64,000 nt of DNA from an uncultured Oscillospiraceae bacterium (GTDB lineage Bacteria; Bacillota; Clostridia; Oscillospirales; Oscillospiraceae), in contig CAAEUZ010000099.1 in NCBI GenBank assembly GCA_900759385.1, positions 2,629-66,628 on the forward strand. Direction: 5' to 3'. How positions within the stretch are numbered: position 1 is the stretch's first letter; the number at the start of each line of letters is the position of its first letter. The position numbers and the translations under genes were made by a program. The notes below the pieces were generated by a model that saw only the letters and a program-made list of their open reading frames with translations, had not been told where the DNA came from and did no database searches. Below are positions 1 to 9,135 of the stretch, one piece after another.

Positions 1-1283
1 ACGTGCTCCTCGTTGATGGCGCGGCGCGCCTTGCGGCAGACGGCCTCAAAGGTGCGGTCCCAGGTGGTGACCTTGACCAGCAGGCTGTCGTAATAGGGGC
101 TGATCTCCGCACCCGCGGCCGCGTTGCCGCCGTCGAGGCGGACGCCGAAGCCGCCGCCGGAGCGGTAGGAGACGATCTTGCCGTTGTCGGGCGCGAAGTT
201 GTTCTTCGGGTCCTCGGTGGTGACGCGGCACTGTATGGAGTAGCCGTTCATGTAGAGGTCGCTCTGTTTTGCCAGCCCTATCTCCGGGTGCGCGACGGTG
301 GCGCCCTCGGCGATTAGTATCTGCGCGCGCACGATGTCGATGCCGGTGACCATCTCGGTGACGGTGTGCTCGACCTGGATGCGCGGGTTCATCTCGATGA
401 AGTAGTGGCTGCCGTTCTTGTCAACCAGGAACTCGACGGTGCCCGCGTTCACGTAGCCGACGGCCTCGGCGATCTTGACCGCGTCGGCGCGCAGCCTCTC
501 GCGCACCTCCTCGGGCACGCTCCAGGCGGGGCAGAACTCCACGACCTTCTGGTAACGGCGCTGCAGCGAGCAGTCGCGCTCGCCCAGGTGGCGGACGTTG
601 CCGTGCTCGTCGGCGAGGATCTGCACCTCGATGTGCTTGGGCTCGACCAGATACTTCTCCATGAAGATGCTGTCGTCGCCGAAGGCCTTGCGCGCCTCAT
701 TGCTGACGAGCTCAAAGGCCGGGCCGACCTCCTCAAGCGTCTGGCACAGGCGCATGCCGCGCCCGCCGCCGCCCGCCGCGGCCTTGAGAATGACGGGGAA
801 GCCGAACTCCTGCGCCCTGGCCTCGGCCTCGGCGGCGTCGCGGAGCGGCTCACGGGTGCCGGGGATGACCGGCACGCCGCACGCCACGGCGATCTTCTTG
901 GCTTCCAGCTTGTCGCCCATCTTGGCCAGCACGTGGCTGGGGGGGCCGATGAACTTTATGCCGGCGTCCTCGCAGGCCCTGGCGAAGGCCGCGTTCTCGC
1001 TCAAAAAGCCGTAGCCGGGGTGGATGGCGTCCACGCCGCGCTTCTTGGCCAGCGCGATTATCTCGTCAATGGCCAGGTACGCGCCCAGCGGGCTCAGGTG
1101 CTCGCCTATGAGGTACGCCTCGTCCGCCTTGGTGCGGAAGAGGTTCATCATGTCCTCCTTGGAGTAAATGGCCACGGTGCGCAGGTCGAGGTCGTAGCAC
1201 GCGCGGAATATGCGTATGGCGATCTCGCCGCGGTTGGCAGCCATTACCTTGCTGAAGGTACGTAGTTCCTGCAATAGAATCAT
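1..1283 (-). CDS. pyc: Pyruvate carboxylase, N-terminal biotin-carboxylase (ATP-grasp) domain; the 3' part of the gene lies beyond the window start
   Basis: The reverse-strand translation begins MILLQELRTFSKVMAANRGEIAIRIFRA...KADEAYLIGE...HPGYGFLSEN and runs open to base 1. An AGGAG RBS sits 5 nt upstream of the ATG at 1283. The KED..L..KADEAYLIGE block favours Pyc over AccC. The ORF track misses it because it is truncated by the window edge. Confidence 0.8.
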   Translation of the reverse strand, partial: MILLQELRTFSKVMAANRGEIAIRIFRACYDLDLRTVAIYSKEDMMNLFRTKADEAYLIGEHLSPLGAYLAIDEIIALAKKRGVDAIHPGYGFLSENAAFARACEDAGIKFIGPPSHVLAKMGDKLEAKKIAVACGVPVIPGTREPLRDAAEAEARAQEFGFPVILKAAAGGGGRGMRLCQTLEEVGPAFELVSNEARKAFGDDSIFMEKYLVEPKHIEVQILADEHGNVRHLGERDCSLQRRYQKVVEFCPAWSVPEEVRERLRADAVKIAEAVGYVNAGTVEFLVDKNGSHYFIEMNPRIQVEHTVTEMVTGIDIVRAQILIAEGATVAHPEIGLAKQSDLYMNGYSIQCRVTTEDPKNNFAPDNGKIVSYRSGGGFGVRLDGGNAAAGAEISPYYDSLLVKVTTWDRTFEAVCRKARRAINEEH

Positions 1284-1331
1284 CTCCTGTGTCTTATTTC
1301 TCTTATCTCTTTCTCGTATAAAAAGGATTCT

Positions 1332-1432
1332 CCCGGGGGCGCTTTCTTTGTTCTTGCACAAAGCGGAGGGTACGCCCTCCGGCCCTTCTGAGGGGTTTCT
1401 TTTTGAGTGCGCCAAAAAGAAATCCCTCAGAC
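1332..1432. repeat. Double-hairpin GC-rich repeat unit, copy L (CCCGGGGGCGCTTTCTTTG...CAAAG / CGGAGGG-tacg-CCCTCCG / CTGAGGGGTTTCTTTTTG...CAAAAAGAAATCCCTCAG)
   Basis: Perfect and near-perfect inverted repeats read directly from the sequence. The architecture and sequence recur at 1741-1813. Confidence 0.45.
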
Positions 1433-1740
1433 TCCAAAGAGAAAAGCGCTTTGGAGCAGACTTATACGGCGCACAGCGCTCGCGTTGGAATCGGGTAGGT
1501 ATTAGTCCGGGGTTGTCATACCTAAACCTTATACGGTCAGCCACTGAGACCGCGGATTGGCGCTTACGCGCCGCCGCTGCGTCGGAAGATTTCCCACGTA
1601 GTGCCGGCGAAGCCAATGCACGGATTCAGCGGCTGTGACCTAAGGAAGTTTAGGAATCCCGGCCTAAACAATAGCTAAAACCGAGGTTAAAACGTACCTT
1701 TACGCACCGACTAGCACCAAAGCGGCTTTCCTTTCGGGGT

Positions 1741-1813
1741 CCGGGGGGCTTTCTTTGGCCAAAACCAAAGAAAGCCTCCCGGGGTTCGCGGAGGGACCCG
1801 CCCTCCGCCGGAG
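1741..1813. repeat. Double-hairpin GC-rich repeat unit, copy R (CCGGGGGGCTTTCTTTGG-ccaaaa-CCAAAGAAAGCC / CGGAGGG-acccg-CCCTCCG)
   Basis: A 12-bp perfect stem GGCTTTCTTTGG/CCAAAGAAAGCC and the CGGAGGG..CCCTCCG hairpin match the motifs of copy L. No U-tract follows on either strand. Confidence 0.45.
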
Positions 1814-1815
1814 AA

Positions 1816-2610
1816 TTATTCCGCCAGCTCCCGGCTGCGGCGCTTGTTCGCGTTATAGCAGGCGCGGACGGCCTCTGGGAAGCCATGCTCGTCGAGGGCG
1901 CTGATAGCGGCCTCGGTGGTGCCCTTTTTGCTGGTTATGCGCCGCCTGAGCTCCTCGGGGGGCTCGTCCTCCAGCTCGAGCTGTTTTGCCGCGCCGAGGA
2001 GGGTCTGTTTTGCCAGCATGGCGGCGGTGTCCGGGGCGATGCCGGCCTCTATGGCCGCGTCGCGGAGGTTTTCCACCATGTAATATATGTACGCCGCGCC
2101 GCTGCCGGAGAGGGCAGCCACATCGTCTATCTGTGCCTCCGTCACCGCCACGGCGGCGCCGCCGGGGGAAAAGATGGCGATGACGTCCTGCACGTCCCTG
2201 TCGCAGGCGGTCGCGCCCGGGGCGACGCCAGCCGCGCCGTATCCGACGGCCAGGGCCAGGTTGGGCATCACGCGCACCACGCGCGTGCCGGGGAACGCGG
2301 CCTCAACGGCCGCGGTCGGGATGCCGGCCATGATGCTCACGACCAGCGCGCCCGGCCTGACATACGGAGCGTAGGCCGGGTACGCCGCCGGGAAGCTCTG
2401 CGGCTTCACGGCGATGACGACGGTACCCGCCTCAGCCACGGCCTCGGCCGGAGCGGTGACGGTGCCGTACTTTTCGTGCACCTCGCCGCAGCTTTTGGGG
2501 TTGTTCGGGTTTACGACCAGGATGTCCTCTCCCGGCGTGCCCGTACGGACCAGCCCGGCAATTATCGCGCGGGCCATGCTTCCGCTGCCTATAAACGCAA
2601 TTTTCGACAT
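1816..2610 (-). CDS. proC: Pyrroline-5-carboxylate reductase
   Basis: Begins MSKIAFIGSGSMARAIIAGL with a Rossmann motif and continues with ProC-like sequence. The start was moved to the internal ATG at 2610, which has a GAAGG RBS; the long ORF-track N-terminus is GC-rich read-through. Confidence 0.85.
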   Translation of the reverse strand: MSKIAFIGSGSMARAIIAGLVRTGTPGEDILVVNPNNPKSCGEVHEKYGTVTAPAEAVAEAGTVVIAVKPQSFPAAYPAYAPYVRPGALVVSIMAGIPTAAVEAAFPGTRVVRVMPNLALAVGYGAAGVAPGATACDRDVQDVIAIFSPGGAAVAVTEAQIDDVAALSGSGAAYIYYMVENLRDAAIEAGIAPDTAAMLAKQTLLGAAKQLELEDEPPEELRRRITSKKGTTEAAISALDEHGFPEAVRACYNANKRRSRELAE

Positions 2611-2632
2611 TTTATCGCCTTCTTGTGTGAAT

Positions 2633-3880
2633 TTACGGACGGACCTGCCCGGTGCCGATGACCAGATACTTATAGCTCGTGATCTCCTCCAGGCCCATAG
2701 GGCCGCGGGCGTGCAGCTTCTGCGTGGAGATGCCCAGCTCGGCGCCGAAGCCAAACTCGAAGCCGTCCGTGAAGCGCGTGGAGGCGTTCCAGTCCACGAC
2801 GGCGGCGTCCACGTTCCTGAGGAAATAGTCTGCGCTGGCCTCGTCGGCGGTGACGATGCACTCGGTGTGCCTGGTGCCGTAGCGGTTGATGTGCTCGACG
2901 GCGGCCTTAACGTCGGGGACGGTTTTAACGGCCATGGCCAGGCGCAGGTACTCGTCGGCCCAGTCGGCCTCCGTGGCGGGGATCATGCCCGTGGTGTACT
3001 TCGCCGCGCCGGCGTCGCCGTGCAGCTCCACGTTCCTGTCCGTGAGGGCCTTCAGCAGATCCTTGAGGTGTTCCTCAGCCCAGTCCTCCTGCACCAGCAG
3101 GGTCTCGGCCGCGTTGCAGACGCTGGTGCGCTGGGTCTTGGCGTTTATGACGATGGCCTCCGCCATGGCGTAATCGGCGCTCCTGTCCACGTAGACGTGG
3201 CAGTTGCCGGTGCCGGTCTGCAGGATGGGCACGGTGGCCTTCTCCACCGCGTTGTTTATGAGCCTGGCGCTGCCCCGCGGCACGATGAGGTCTATGTACT
3301 CGCGCAGGCGCAGCATGTTGTCCACCACCTCGTGGCCGCGTTCCTCGACCAGGCAGACGGCGTCCGGCGTCACGCCGCAGCTCTCCAGCGCGGCGCGCAT
3401 TACGCGCACCTCGGCGGCGTTGGACTCGTATGCCGAGCCGCTGCCGCGCAGGAGAATGGCGCTGCCGGCCTTGAAGGCGAGCGACGCCGCGTCCACCGTG
3501 ACGTTGGGCCGCGCCTCGTAGATTATGCCGATGACGCCCATGGGCACGCGCACCTTGCGTATGGTGAGCCCGTTGGGGCGCGTCCACTCGCGCATGACCT
3601 CGCCCACCGGGTCGGGCAGCTCCGCCACCTGGCGCAGGCCCAGGGCCATGTCGGCGACGCGCTTTTCGTTGAGCATGAGCCGGTCGAGCATGTCGGAGCT
3701 CATGCCGTTTGCCCGCTCGCGCTCCATGTCCGCAGCGTTTGCGGCCAGAATTTCGTCGCAGTTTGCCTCCAGCGCGTCGGCCATGGCGAGCAGCGCGGCG
3801 TTCTTCTGCTCCGTTGTCAGCTGGGCGACGGCTGTGCCGGCGGCCTTTGCCGCCGCGGCGCTCTCGATCAAAGTCTTCAT
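2633..3880 (-). CDS. proA: Gamma-glutamyl phosphate reductase
   Basis: 415-aa aldehyde dehydrogenase-family protein with ProA-like blocks (...VIGIIYEARPNVTVDAASL...TGTGNCHVYVD...). A GGAGG RBS is present and the ATG overlaps the proB stop (ATGA). Confidence 0.9.
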   Translation of the reverse strand: MKTLIESAAAAKAAGTAVAQLTTEQKNAALLAMADALEANCDEILAANAADMERERANGMSSDMLDRLMLNEKRVADMALGLRQVAELPDPVGEVMREWTRPNGLTIRKVRVPMGVIGIIYEARPNVTVDAASLAFKAGSAILLRGSGSAYESNAAEVRVMRAALESCGVTPDAVCLVEERGHEVVDNMLRLREYIDLIVPRGSARLINNAVEKATVPILQTGTGNCHVYVDRSADYAMAEAIVINAKTQRTSVCNAAETLLVQEDWAEEHLKDLLKALTDRNVELHGDAGAAKYTTGMIPATEADWADEYLRLAMAVKTVPDVKAAVEHINRYGTRHTECIVTADEASADYFLRNVDAAVVDWNASTRFTDGFEFGFGAELGISTQKLHARGPMGLEEITSYKYLVIGTGQVRP

Positions 3881-4995
3881 TCGCTTACCTCCGTTTCAAT
3901 GTGGGCGTAGTTGTCCTGATGTATGACCTCGGGCGGCTTGCCCGGGAATCTGGCGGCGGCCTTCGAGGAGGGAAGGCCCATAATCTCGCGCAGCTCGGCG
4001 CTAGAGTAATTCACCGTGCCGCGGCCCAGGCAGGTGTCCGTGCCGGACTGGTATACCTTGACGACGTCTCCGGCGGAGAAGTCCCCCTCCACGGCCCGGA
4101 CGCCGGCGGGAAGCAGGCTGCGGCCCTTTTTCATGAGCGCCTCGGCGGCGCCGGAGTCTATATATACGTTCCCGCGCGTGGGCGCGTAAAAGGCCATCCA
4201 CTGCAGGCGGGTCTTCATGCCGCTGCCGGCCTTGAAATAGGTGCCCCTGGCCGTGCCCGCCACGGCCCTGGCCAGCACGTCTTCCTCCCTGGAGGAGCAT
4301 ATCACGACGGGGACGCCCGCGCCGGTGGCGAGCTTTGCGCCCTCGACCTTCGTGGCCATGCCGCCCGTGCCGTTGGCCGTACCCGCGCCGGTGGCCAGGG
4401 CCTCTATCTCCGGCGTGACGCGCTTGACATAGGGTATGTGCTTCGCGTCCGGGTCGTTCCTGGGGTCGGCGGTGTAGAGCCCGTCCGTGTCCGTGAGCAG
4501 CACGAGCAAATCCGCGTGCACCATGGCCGCCACCTGGGCGGAGAGCATGTCGTTGTCGCCCAATTTGAGCTCGGCTATTGACACAGTGTCGTTTTCGTTT
4601 ATGATAGGTATCGCACCCCGGCTGAGCAGCACCTCGAGCGCGGAGAACGCGTTGTGATAGCGCCGCCGGTCGGAGAAGTCCGCGCGCGTGAGCAGGATTT
4701 GGGCCGCCACATAGCCGCGCTCATGAAGGCAGCGGGTATACTCCTCCATGAGCAGCCCCTGGCCCACGGCGGCGCTGGCCTGTTTGGCGGGGACGGAGAC
4801 CGGCCGCTCCTGATAGCCCAGCAGGGAGTACCCGGCGGCGATGGCCGCGCTGGTGACGAGGATGACCTGGTTGCCCGCGTCGCGCAGGCCGGCCAGCTGG
4901 CCGGTGAGAGCGCGCAGCCGGGAGACGTCCAGCCTGCCGCTCTTTTCCGTGAGCGAGCTGGTGCCGATTTTGACCACTACGGTCTTTTTTGCCAT
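3877..4995 (-). CDS. proB: Glutamate 5-kinase with C-terminal PUA domain
   Basis: Begins MAKKTVVVKIGTSSLT... with an amino-acid kinase fold and a C-terminal PUA-like segment. The start was set at the internal ATG 4995, which has a GGAGG RBS. Upstream there is an extended -10 (TGtTATAAT) promoter. Confidence 0.9.
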   Translation of the reverse strand: MAKKTVVVKIGTSSLTEKSGRLDVSRLRALTGQLAGLRDAGNQVILVTSAAIAAGYSLLGYQERPVSVPAKQASAAVGQGLLMEEYTRCLHERGYVAAQILLTRADFSDRRRYHNAFSALEVLLSRGAIPIINENDTVSIAELKLGDNDMLSAQVAAMVHADLLVLLTDTDGLYTADPRNDPDAKHIPYVKRVTPEIEALATGAGTANGTGGMATKVEGAKLATGAGVPVVICSSREEDVLARAVAGTARGTYFKAGSGMKTRLQWMAFYAPTRGNVYIDSGAAEALMKKGRSLLPAGVRAVEGDFSAGDVVKVYQSGTDTCLGRGTVNYSSAELREIMGLPSSKAAARFPGKPPEVIHQDNYAHIETEVSE

Positions 4996-5108
4996 TATAT
5001 CGACCTCCGCGAGGTAATTACCCAGAGAATAAAATATTATAACATACCTGCGAAAAATAGAAAAGCCTTGATGTATATGATATAATTGTGACAAGAAGGT
5101 GGGAGAGA

Positions 5109-6101
5109 ATGAGAAAACGCATCCTTTTCATAGCCACCGGCGGCACCATCGCCTCCGAGGTCACCGCGCTGGGACTGCAGCCGGGCATCAGCGCCCAGGC
5201 GCTGCTCCGCGCCGTGCCCGCCATAGACGAGCTCTGCGACGTGGAGTGCGAGCAGCTGTATTCCCTAGACAGCACGGACATCGGCCCGGAACACTGGCTG
5301 GGCATGGCCGGGGCCGTGCGCGAAAACTATGACCGCTTCGACGGCTTCGTCCTCAGCCACGGCACGGATACCATGGCCTACAGCGCCGCGGCGCTGAGCT
5401 ACCTCATCCAGGGCAGCGCCAAGCCGATAGTCCTCACCGGCGCGCAGAAACCCATCGGCTTTGACACCACCGATTCGCGCGTCAACCTGCTCGACAGCTT
5501 CATCTGTGCCTGCCGCGGGGACATGCACGGCGTCATGATAGTTTTCAACGGCCGCGTCATACTCGGCACGCGAGCGCGGAAGACGCACTCCAAGAGCTTT
5601 GACGCCTTTTCGTCCATCAACTACCCGCATATCGCCGACATACGCGACGGGCGTGTGCTGCAGTACATAGTGCCCGAATACGCCGCGGAGCCCGTTTTCT
5701 CTGACGGGCTCGAGCGGCGCGTCTCGCTCATGAAGCTCATCCCCGGCACGGACGAGGCGCAGCTGGAGTTCCTGCTCTCCCGCAGCGAGGCCCTGGTGAT
5801 AGAGAGCTTCGGCGTCGGCGGCCTACCCCGCGGCATGCACGAGGCGGTACACGCCTCGGCCCGGGAGGGGAAGCTCATCGTCATGACCACGCAGGTGCAG
5901 AACGAGGGCAGCGACCTGGCCGTCTACGGAACCGGGCGCACCCTGAGCGAGGACCCGCTGATACTGGAGGCCTACGACATGACCACCGAGGCCGCGGTGA
6001 CCAAGCTGATGTGGCTGCTCCCGCGCGCGAAATCCCAGCTGGACGCCGCGAGGCTCTTCTATACGCCTGTGAACAAGGACATACTGACGGCCAGGATGTG
6101 A
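5109..6101 (+). CDS. ansA: L-asparaginase, type I (cytoplasmic)
   Basis: Begins MRKRILFIATGGTIAS (T-G-G-T active-site motif), followed by ...HGTDTMAYSAAALS.... A GGTGGGAGAG RBS is present and the ATG at 5109 was preferred over the GTG at 5088. Confidence 0.85.
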   Translation: MRKRILFIATGGTIASEVTALGLQPGISAQALLRAVPAIDELCDVECEQLYSLDSTDIGPEHWLGMAGAVRENYDRFDGFVLSHGTDTMAYSAAALSYLIQGSAKPIVLTGAQKPIGFDTTDSRVNLLDSFICACRGDMHGVMIVFNGRVILGTRARKTHSKSFDAFSSINYPHIADIRDGRVLQYIVPEYAAEPVFSDGLERRVSLMKLIPGTDEAQLEFLLSRSEALVIESFGVGGLPRGMHEAVHASAREGKLIVMTTQVQNEGSDLAVYGTGRTLSEDPLILEAYDMTTEAAVTKLMWLLPRAKSQLDAARLFYTPVNKDILTARM

Positions 6102-6155
6102 AACAGCCCGCCCGGTTGCGGGCGGTTTTGACAGAACAGAAAAGGAGAAACGGAC

Positions 6156-6734
6156 ATGAAGAAACTGACCTCCGCACTTCTCGCGCTTATTCTCTGCCTT
6201 TCCCTCGCCGCCTGCGGCGCCGGGACGGACGCTGCGCTGCCCTCCGCCGCTGTCGAGACAGCTGTGGCGGAAACGCCGGCAGCGACGATGCCGCCCGTCA
6301 CGGCTGCATCACCGTCACCGACGCCGGAGCCGGCGCCATCCGCGACTCCAACGGCCACGGCAGCGCCGTCCGCGTCCGCGGCTCACACTTCCGAACCGGC
6401 GCCGGCACCTGCATCTGATACGGCTTCCACGCCGTCACCAACCACGGCGCCGTCACCCACACCTGAGCCGGCACCTGCGCCAACGCCCGCGTCCACCACA
6501 GCGCCGGTTACATCCACCCCGTCTGCACAGCCCTCCTCAGGGACGGGCGGAACGCAGGGCGGGGGAGTGAGTGTACCCTCACCGGAGAGCGGCGGAAACC
6601 TGGTCTGGATACCCACAAACGGCGGTACCCGCTATCACAGCCATTCCGGCTGCAGCGGCATGATCGACCCCATCCAGGTCTCCGTGGAGACCGCCCTGGC
6701 CAACGGCTTTACGCGCTGCGGGCGCTGCTGGTGA
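6156..6734 (+). CDS. Lipoprotein with Pro/Thr/Ala-rich disordered linker and C-terminal His/Cys module (..RYHSHSGCSGM..(23 aa)..CGRCW)
   Basis: Signal peptide with lipobox LAAC, a low-complexity linker of about 110 aa (PTPEPAPS...), and a C-terminal H-x-H..C....C-x-x-C arrangement typical of a small metal-binding domain. Confidence 0.6.
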   Translation: MKKLTSALLALILCLSLAACGAGTDAALPSAAVETAVAETPAATMPPVTAASPSPTPEPAPSATPTATAAPSASAAHTSEPAPAPASDTASTPSPTTAPSPTPEPAPAPTPASTTAPVTSTPSAQPSSGTGGTQGGGVSVPSPESGGNLVWIPTNGGTRYHSHSGCSGMIDPIQVSVETALANGFTRCGRCW

Positions 6735-6767
6735 TGAAAAAACGGGCGCACCGTCAGGCGCGATAAA

Positions 6768-6810
6768 GAAACGCCCCGAGGAAAACCTCGGGGCGTTCGG
6801 TTTTAATTTT
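6768..6810. terminator. Bidirectional intrinsic terminator between the lipoprotein gene and the 5'-nucleotidase gene
   Basis: AACGCCCCGAGG-aaaa-CCTCGGGGCGTT followed by a T-run. Confidence 0.55.
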
Positions 6811-6828
6811 CCGGCTTAAGCTTTAAGC

Positions 6829-9135
6829 TCAGGCGGCGGCGTCAACAGTGTCGGTGTTGACCAGACGGGCCAGGACAGTGGCGACCATGGCGCGGGTGGC
6901 GCTGCCGTCGGGGTCGAACTCGGTGTCGCTCACGCCGACCATGAGGGCCTCGTTGGTGCAGTAGGCAACGGCGTCCACGGCATCCTCGGAGACGTCAGCG
7001 GCGTCAGCCCAGGCGAGCTCGGCGTTCTCAACGGCGGCCTCGCCCTCGTACAGAGCGTAGGCGTAGAGCATCTCGGCCAGCTCCTCGCGGGTGATGGCCT
7101 CTTCGGCGCCGAAGGTCTCGCCATCGACGAAGCCCTCGAGCAGGCCGTTCTGGGAGGCCCAGACCAGAGCGCTGGCGTACCAGGCGTCGTCGGCGACATC
7201 GCTGAAGAGCTCGCTCGCGGCGCCCTCAACCTCGGGGCTGCCCTCGAGCTGATAGATCAGGGAGACGAGCATGGCGCGGTCCATGGCGACGTTGGGAGCG
7301 AACTCGGTGTCGCTCACGCCGACCATCAGGCCGTCCTCATAAGCGGTGACGATGTAGTCGTAGTACCAGGCGCCCTCAGCCACGTCGGTGAAGGGCAGGC
7401 CCTCCTCAACGGGCTCGGTGAGGACGGTGATGCGGCCCTGGGGCTTGCCGTACTGCTCGGCAGTGACGGTGCCGTCAAGGACCTCGGTGATATACTCCAT
7501 GACGACCTCGTCAAGGGCGGCGCCGGTGTCGATGTTGTTGGCGACGGAGAAGGCGTAGTAGGTGTCGCCGCCGGCGGCCAGGAAGTCGTTGGAGACGACA
7601 ACATAATCGGCCTCGGGATCAAACGGCTGGCCGTTGATGCTGTCGATGGTCACGCGGTTGATGGAGGCGGGGGCGTAGTAGGTGGAGCCGGGATACTGCT
7701 CACCCTGGTCGAAGGCCTTGGTGGTATCGACGGTGAACTCAATGCCGGTGACCTGCGGGAAAGCGCCGACCTCTTCAGGCGTGCAGTAGGTGGAAGCCTC
7801 GAGGGCCTCGAGCAGTACGCTGCCCTTTACGTTGATGTAAGCGACGGTGTTGCCGAAGGGCAGGACGGTGTTGACGTCCTTCTTGGTGATGTCGCCCGCG
7901 GCGATAGCGGCGCGGATGCCGCCGCCGTTGGTCAGAGCGACAACGTGATCCTCGGCGACGCCCAGGTCACCCTGCTCCTTGGCGTACCAGAGCATGGCGT
8001 CGGCGATGAGGTCGCCCATGTTGGTCTCCTGAGTGCGGTTGCCGGGGGCGCGCTCGCCGTTGAGGTCAACCTCGGTGGAGCCGATGACTTCGCCGTACTG
8101 CTCCTCGATCTCAGCGTTGACCTGAGCGGCGTAGTCGGCGACGGCCTGGACGGAACCGGTGTAGTCGGCGAGGGCCACATTCTCAGCAGTGATGGTGCCC
8201 TCGGCGGGGTTGATGGTGACAACGCCGATGTTCTCACCCTTGGTGCCGGTGGAGGTCAGGACGGTGCCGTTGACCATGCCGGTGTTGTCGGTGACGGCCA
8301 TGATGTCGGCCAGGGTGGAGTGGCTGTGGCTGTCGATGAACAGGTCAATGCCGTCAACGTTGGCCAGCAGGTCGGTGGAACGGTTGGGCTCGCTCTCGGA
8401 GTCGATGCCGAGGTGGCCGAGGCAGACTATGTAGTCAACGCCCTGGGCCTCGAGAGCGGCAACCTGCTCCTCGGCGCAGGCGTAGAGCTCTTCGCCTGCG
8501 AGGAAGGTCACGCCGTCAAGCTTGGCGGGGTGGGCTTTGGTAGAGGTCTCGGGGGTGGCCAGACCGAACACGCCGATGGTGGTGCCGTCGTCCAGGGTGA
8601 ACACGGTGTTGGCCGTGAAGACCGCGGAGCCGTTGCGGGAGGCATTGGCGCAGACAACGGTGAACTGGGCGGACTCGAGGATGGTCATGAGGTTGGCATA
8701 GCCGTAGTCAAACTCGTGGTTGCCGATACCGGCGAGGTCATAGCCGGCGAGGTTCATGAGCTCGACGGCAGTGGCGCCCTGGGAGACGCTGACGGCGGGC
8801 TCGCCCTGGATGTAGTCGCCGGCGTCGAACAGCAGGACCTCGGCGCCGCGGGCCTCGTACTCGGCCTTCATAGCGGCGACCTTGGCATAGGTGTCAATGG
8901 CGCCGTGGACGTCGTTGGTGTGCAGGATTACTATCTGACCGGCGAGATCACCGGTGGGCTCAGTAGTAGCTTCCGGCTCTTCTTCAGCGGGGGTCGTCTC
9001 TTCGGCGGGAGCCTCAGTAGTGGGCTCGGACGTGGCAGCGGGATCTTCGGTGGAAGCTTCCGCGTCTGCCAGCGCGCCGCCGCAGAGGGCGAACACCATG
9101 ACAAGAGCCAGGAAAACAGATAGCAGCTTTTTCAT
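6829..9135 (-). CDS. Secreted 5'-nucleotidase/UDP-sugar hydrolase-family protein with C-terminal triple SLH (S-layer homology) cell-wall anchor
   Basis: SPase-I signal (..GGALA|DAE), an acidic PT-rich linker, and metallophosphoesterase motifs (ILHTNDVHG, GNHEFD). A 5'-nucleotidase C-domain follows, then three SLH repeats (FTDVAEGAWYYDYI.., FSDVADDAWYASAL.., etc.). Confidence 0.85.
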   Translation of the reverse strand: MKKLLSVFLALVMVFALCGGALADAEASTEDPAATSEPTTEAPAEETTPAEEEPEATTEPTGDLAGQIVILHTNDVHGAIDTYAKVAAMKAEYEARGAEVLLFDAGDYIQGEPAVSVSQGATAVELMNLAGYDLAGIGNHEFDYGYANLMTILESAQFTVVCANASRNGSAVFTANTVFTLDDGTTIGVFGLATPETSTKAHPAKLDGVTFLAGEELYACAEEQVAALEAQGVDYIVCLGHLGIDSESEPNRSTDLLANVDGIDLFIDSHSHSTLADIMAVTDNTGMVNGTVLTSTGTKGENIGVVTINPAEGTITAENVALADYTGSVQAVADYAAQVNAEIEEQYGEVIGSTEVDLNGERAPGNRTQETNMGDLIADAMLWYAKEQGDLGVAEDHVVALTNGGGIRAAIAAGDITKKDVNTVLPFGNTVAYINVKGSVLLEALEASTYCTPEEVGAFPQVTGIEFTVDTTKAFDQGEQYPGSTYYAPASINRVTIDSINGQPFDPEADYVVVSNDFLAAGGDTYYAFSVANNIDTGAALDEVVMEYITEVLDGTVTAEQYGKPQGRITVLTEPVEEGLPFTDVAEGAWYYDYIVTAYEDGLMVGVSDTEFAPNVAMDRAMLVSLIYQLEGSPEVEGAASELFSDVADDAWYASALVWASQNGLLEGFVDGETFGAEEAITREELAEMLYAYALYEGEAAVENAELAWADAADVSEDAVDAVAYCTNEALMVGVSDTEFDPDGSATRAMVATVLARLVNTDTVDAAA

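Noticed and set aside
1284-1815. T-box leader, RNase P RNA, tmRNA, SRP or 6S RNA in the proC-pyc gap, and ORFs 1210-1638 (plus) and 1650-1886 (minus)
   Set aside because: None of the family-defining motifs could be found on either strand; I looked for the T-box AGGGTGGNACCGCG, RNase P GGAAAGUCC, the tmRNA tag ORF with its T-arm, and the SRP domain IV. The ORFs overlap pyc or proC, run through the hairpins and lack RBSs. The region is kept only as an unexplained structured repeat region.
2414-3910. 498-aa plus-strand ORF, together with nested ORFs at 2886-3173, 3204-3521, 3525-3926 and 3709-4581
   Set aside because: They are antisense to the well-supported proA/proB genes. Their composition is Ala/Arg/Gly-rich and typical of spurious frames in 65% GC DNA. 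They have no RBS and no homology-like motifs.
7945-9123. 392-aa plus-strand ORF opposite the 5'-nucleotidase gene (also 7326-7622 and 7932-8237)
   Set aside because: Antisense GC-rich artefact. The minus-strand protein has clear metallophosphoesterase, 5'-nucleotidase and SLH motifs.
6829-9135. 5'-nucleotidase as a lipoprotein
   Set aside because: The candidate Cys in FALCGG lacks a proper lipobox, and a clean AXA|D signal-peptidase-I site follows. SLH domains provide the anchoring instead.
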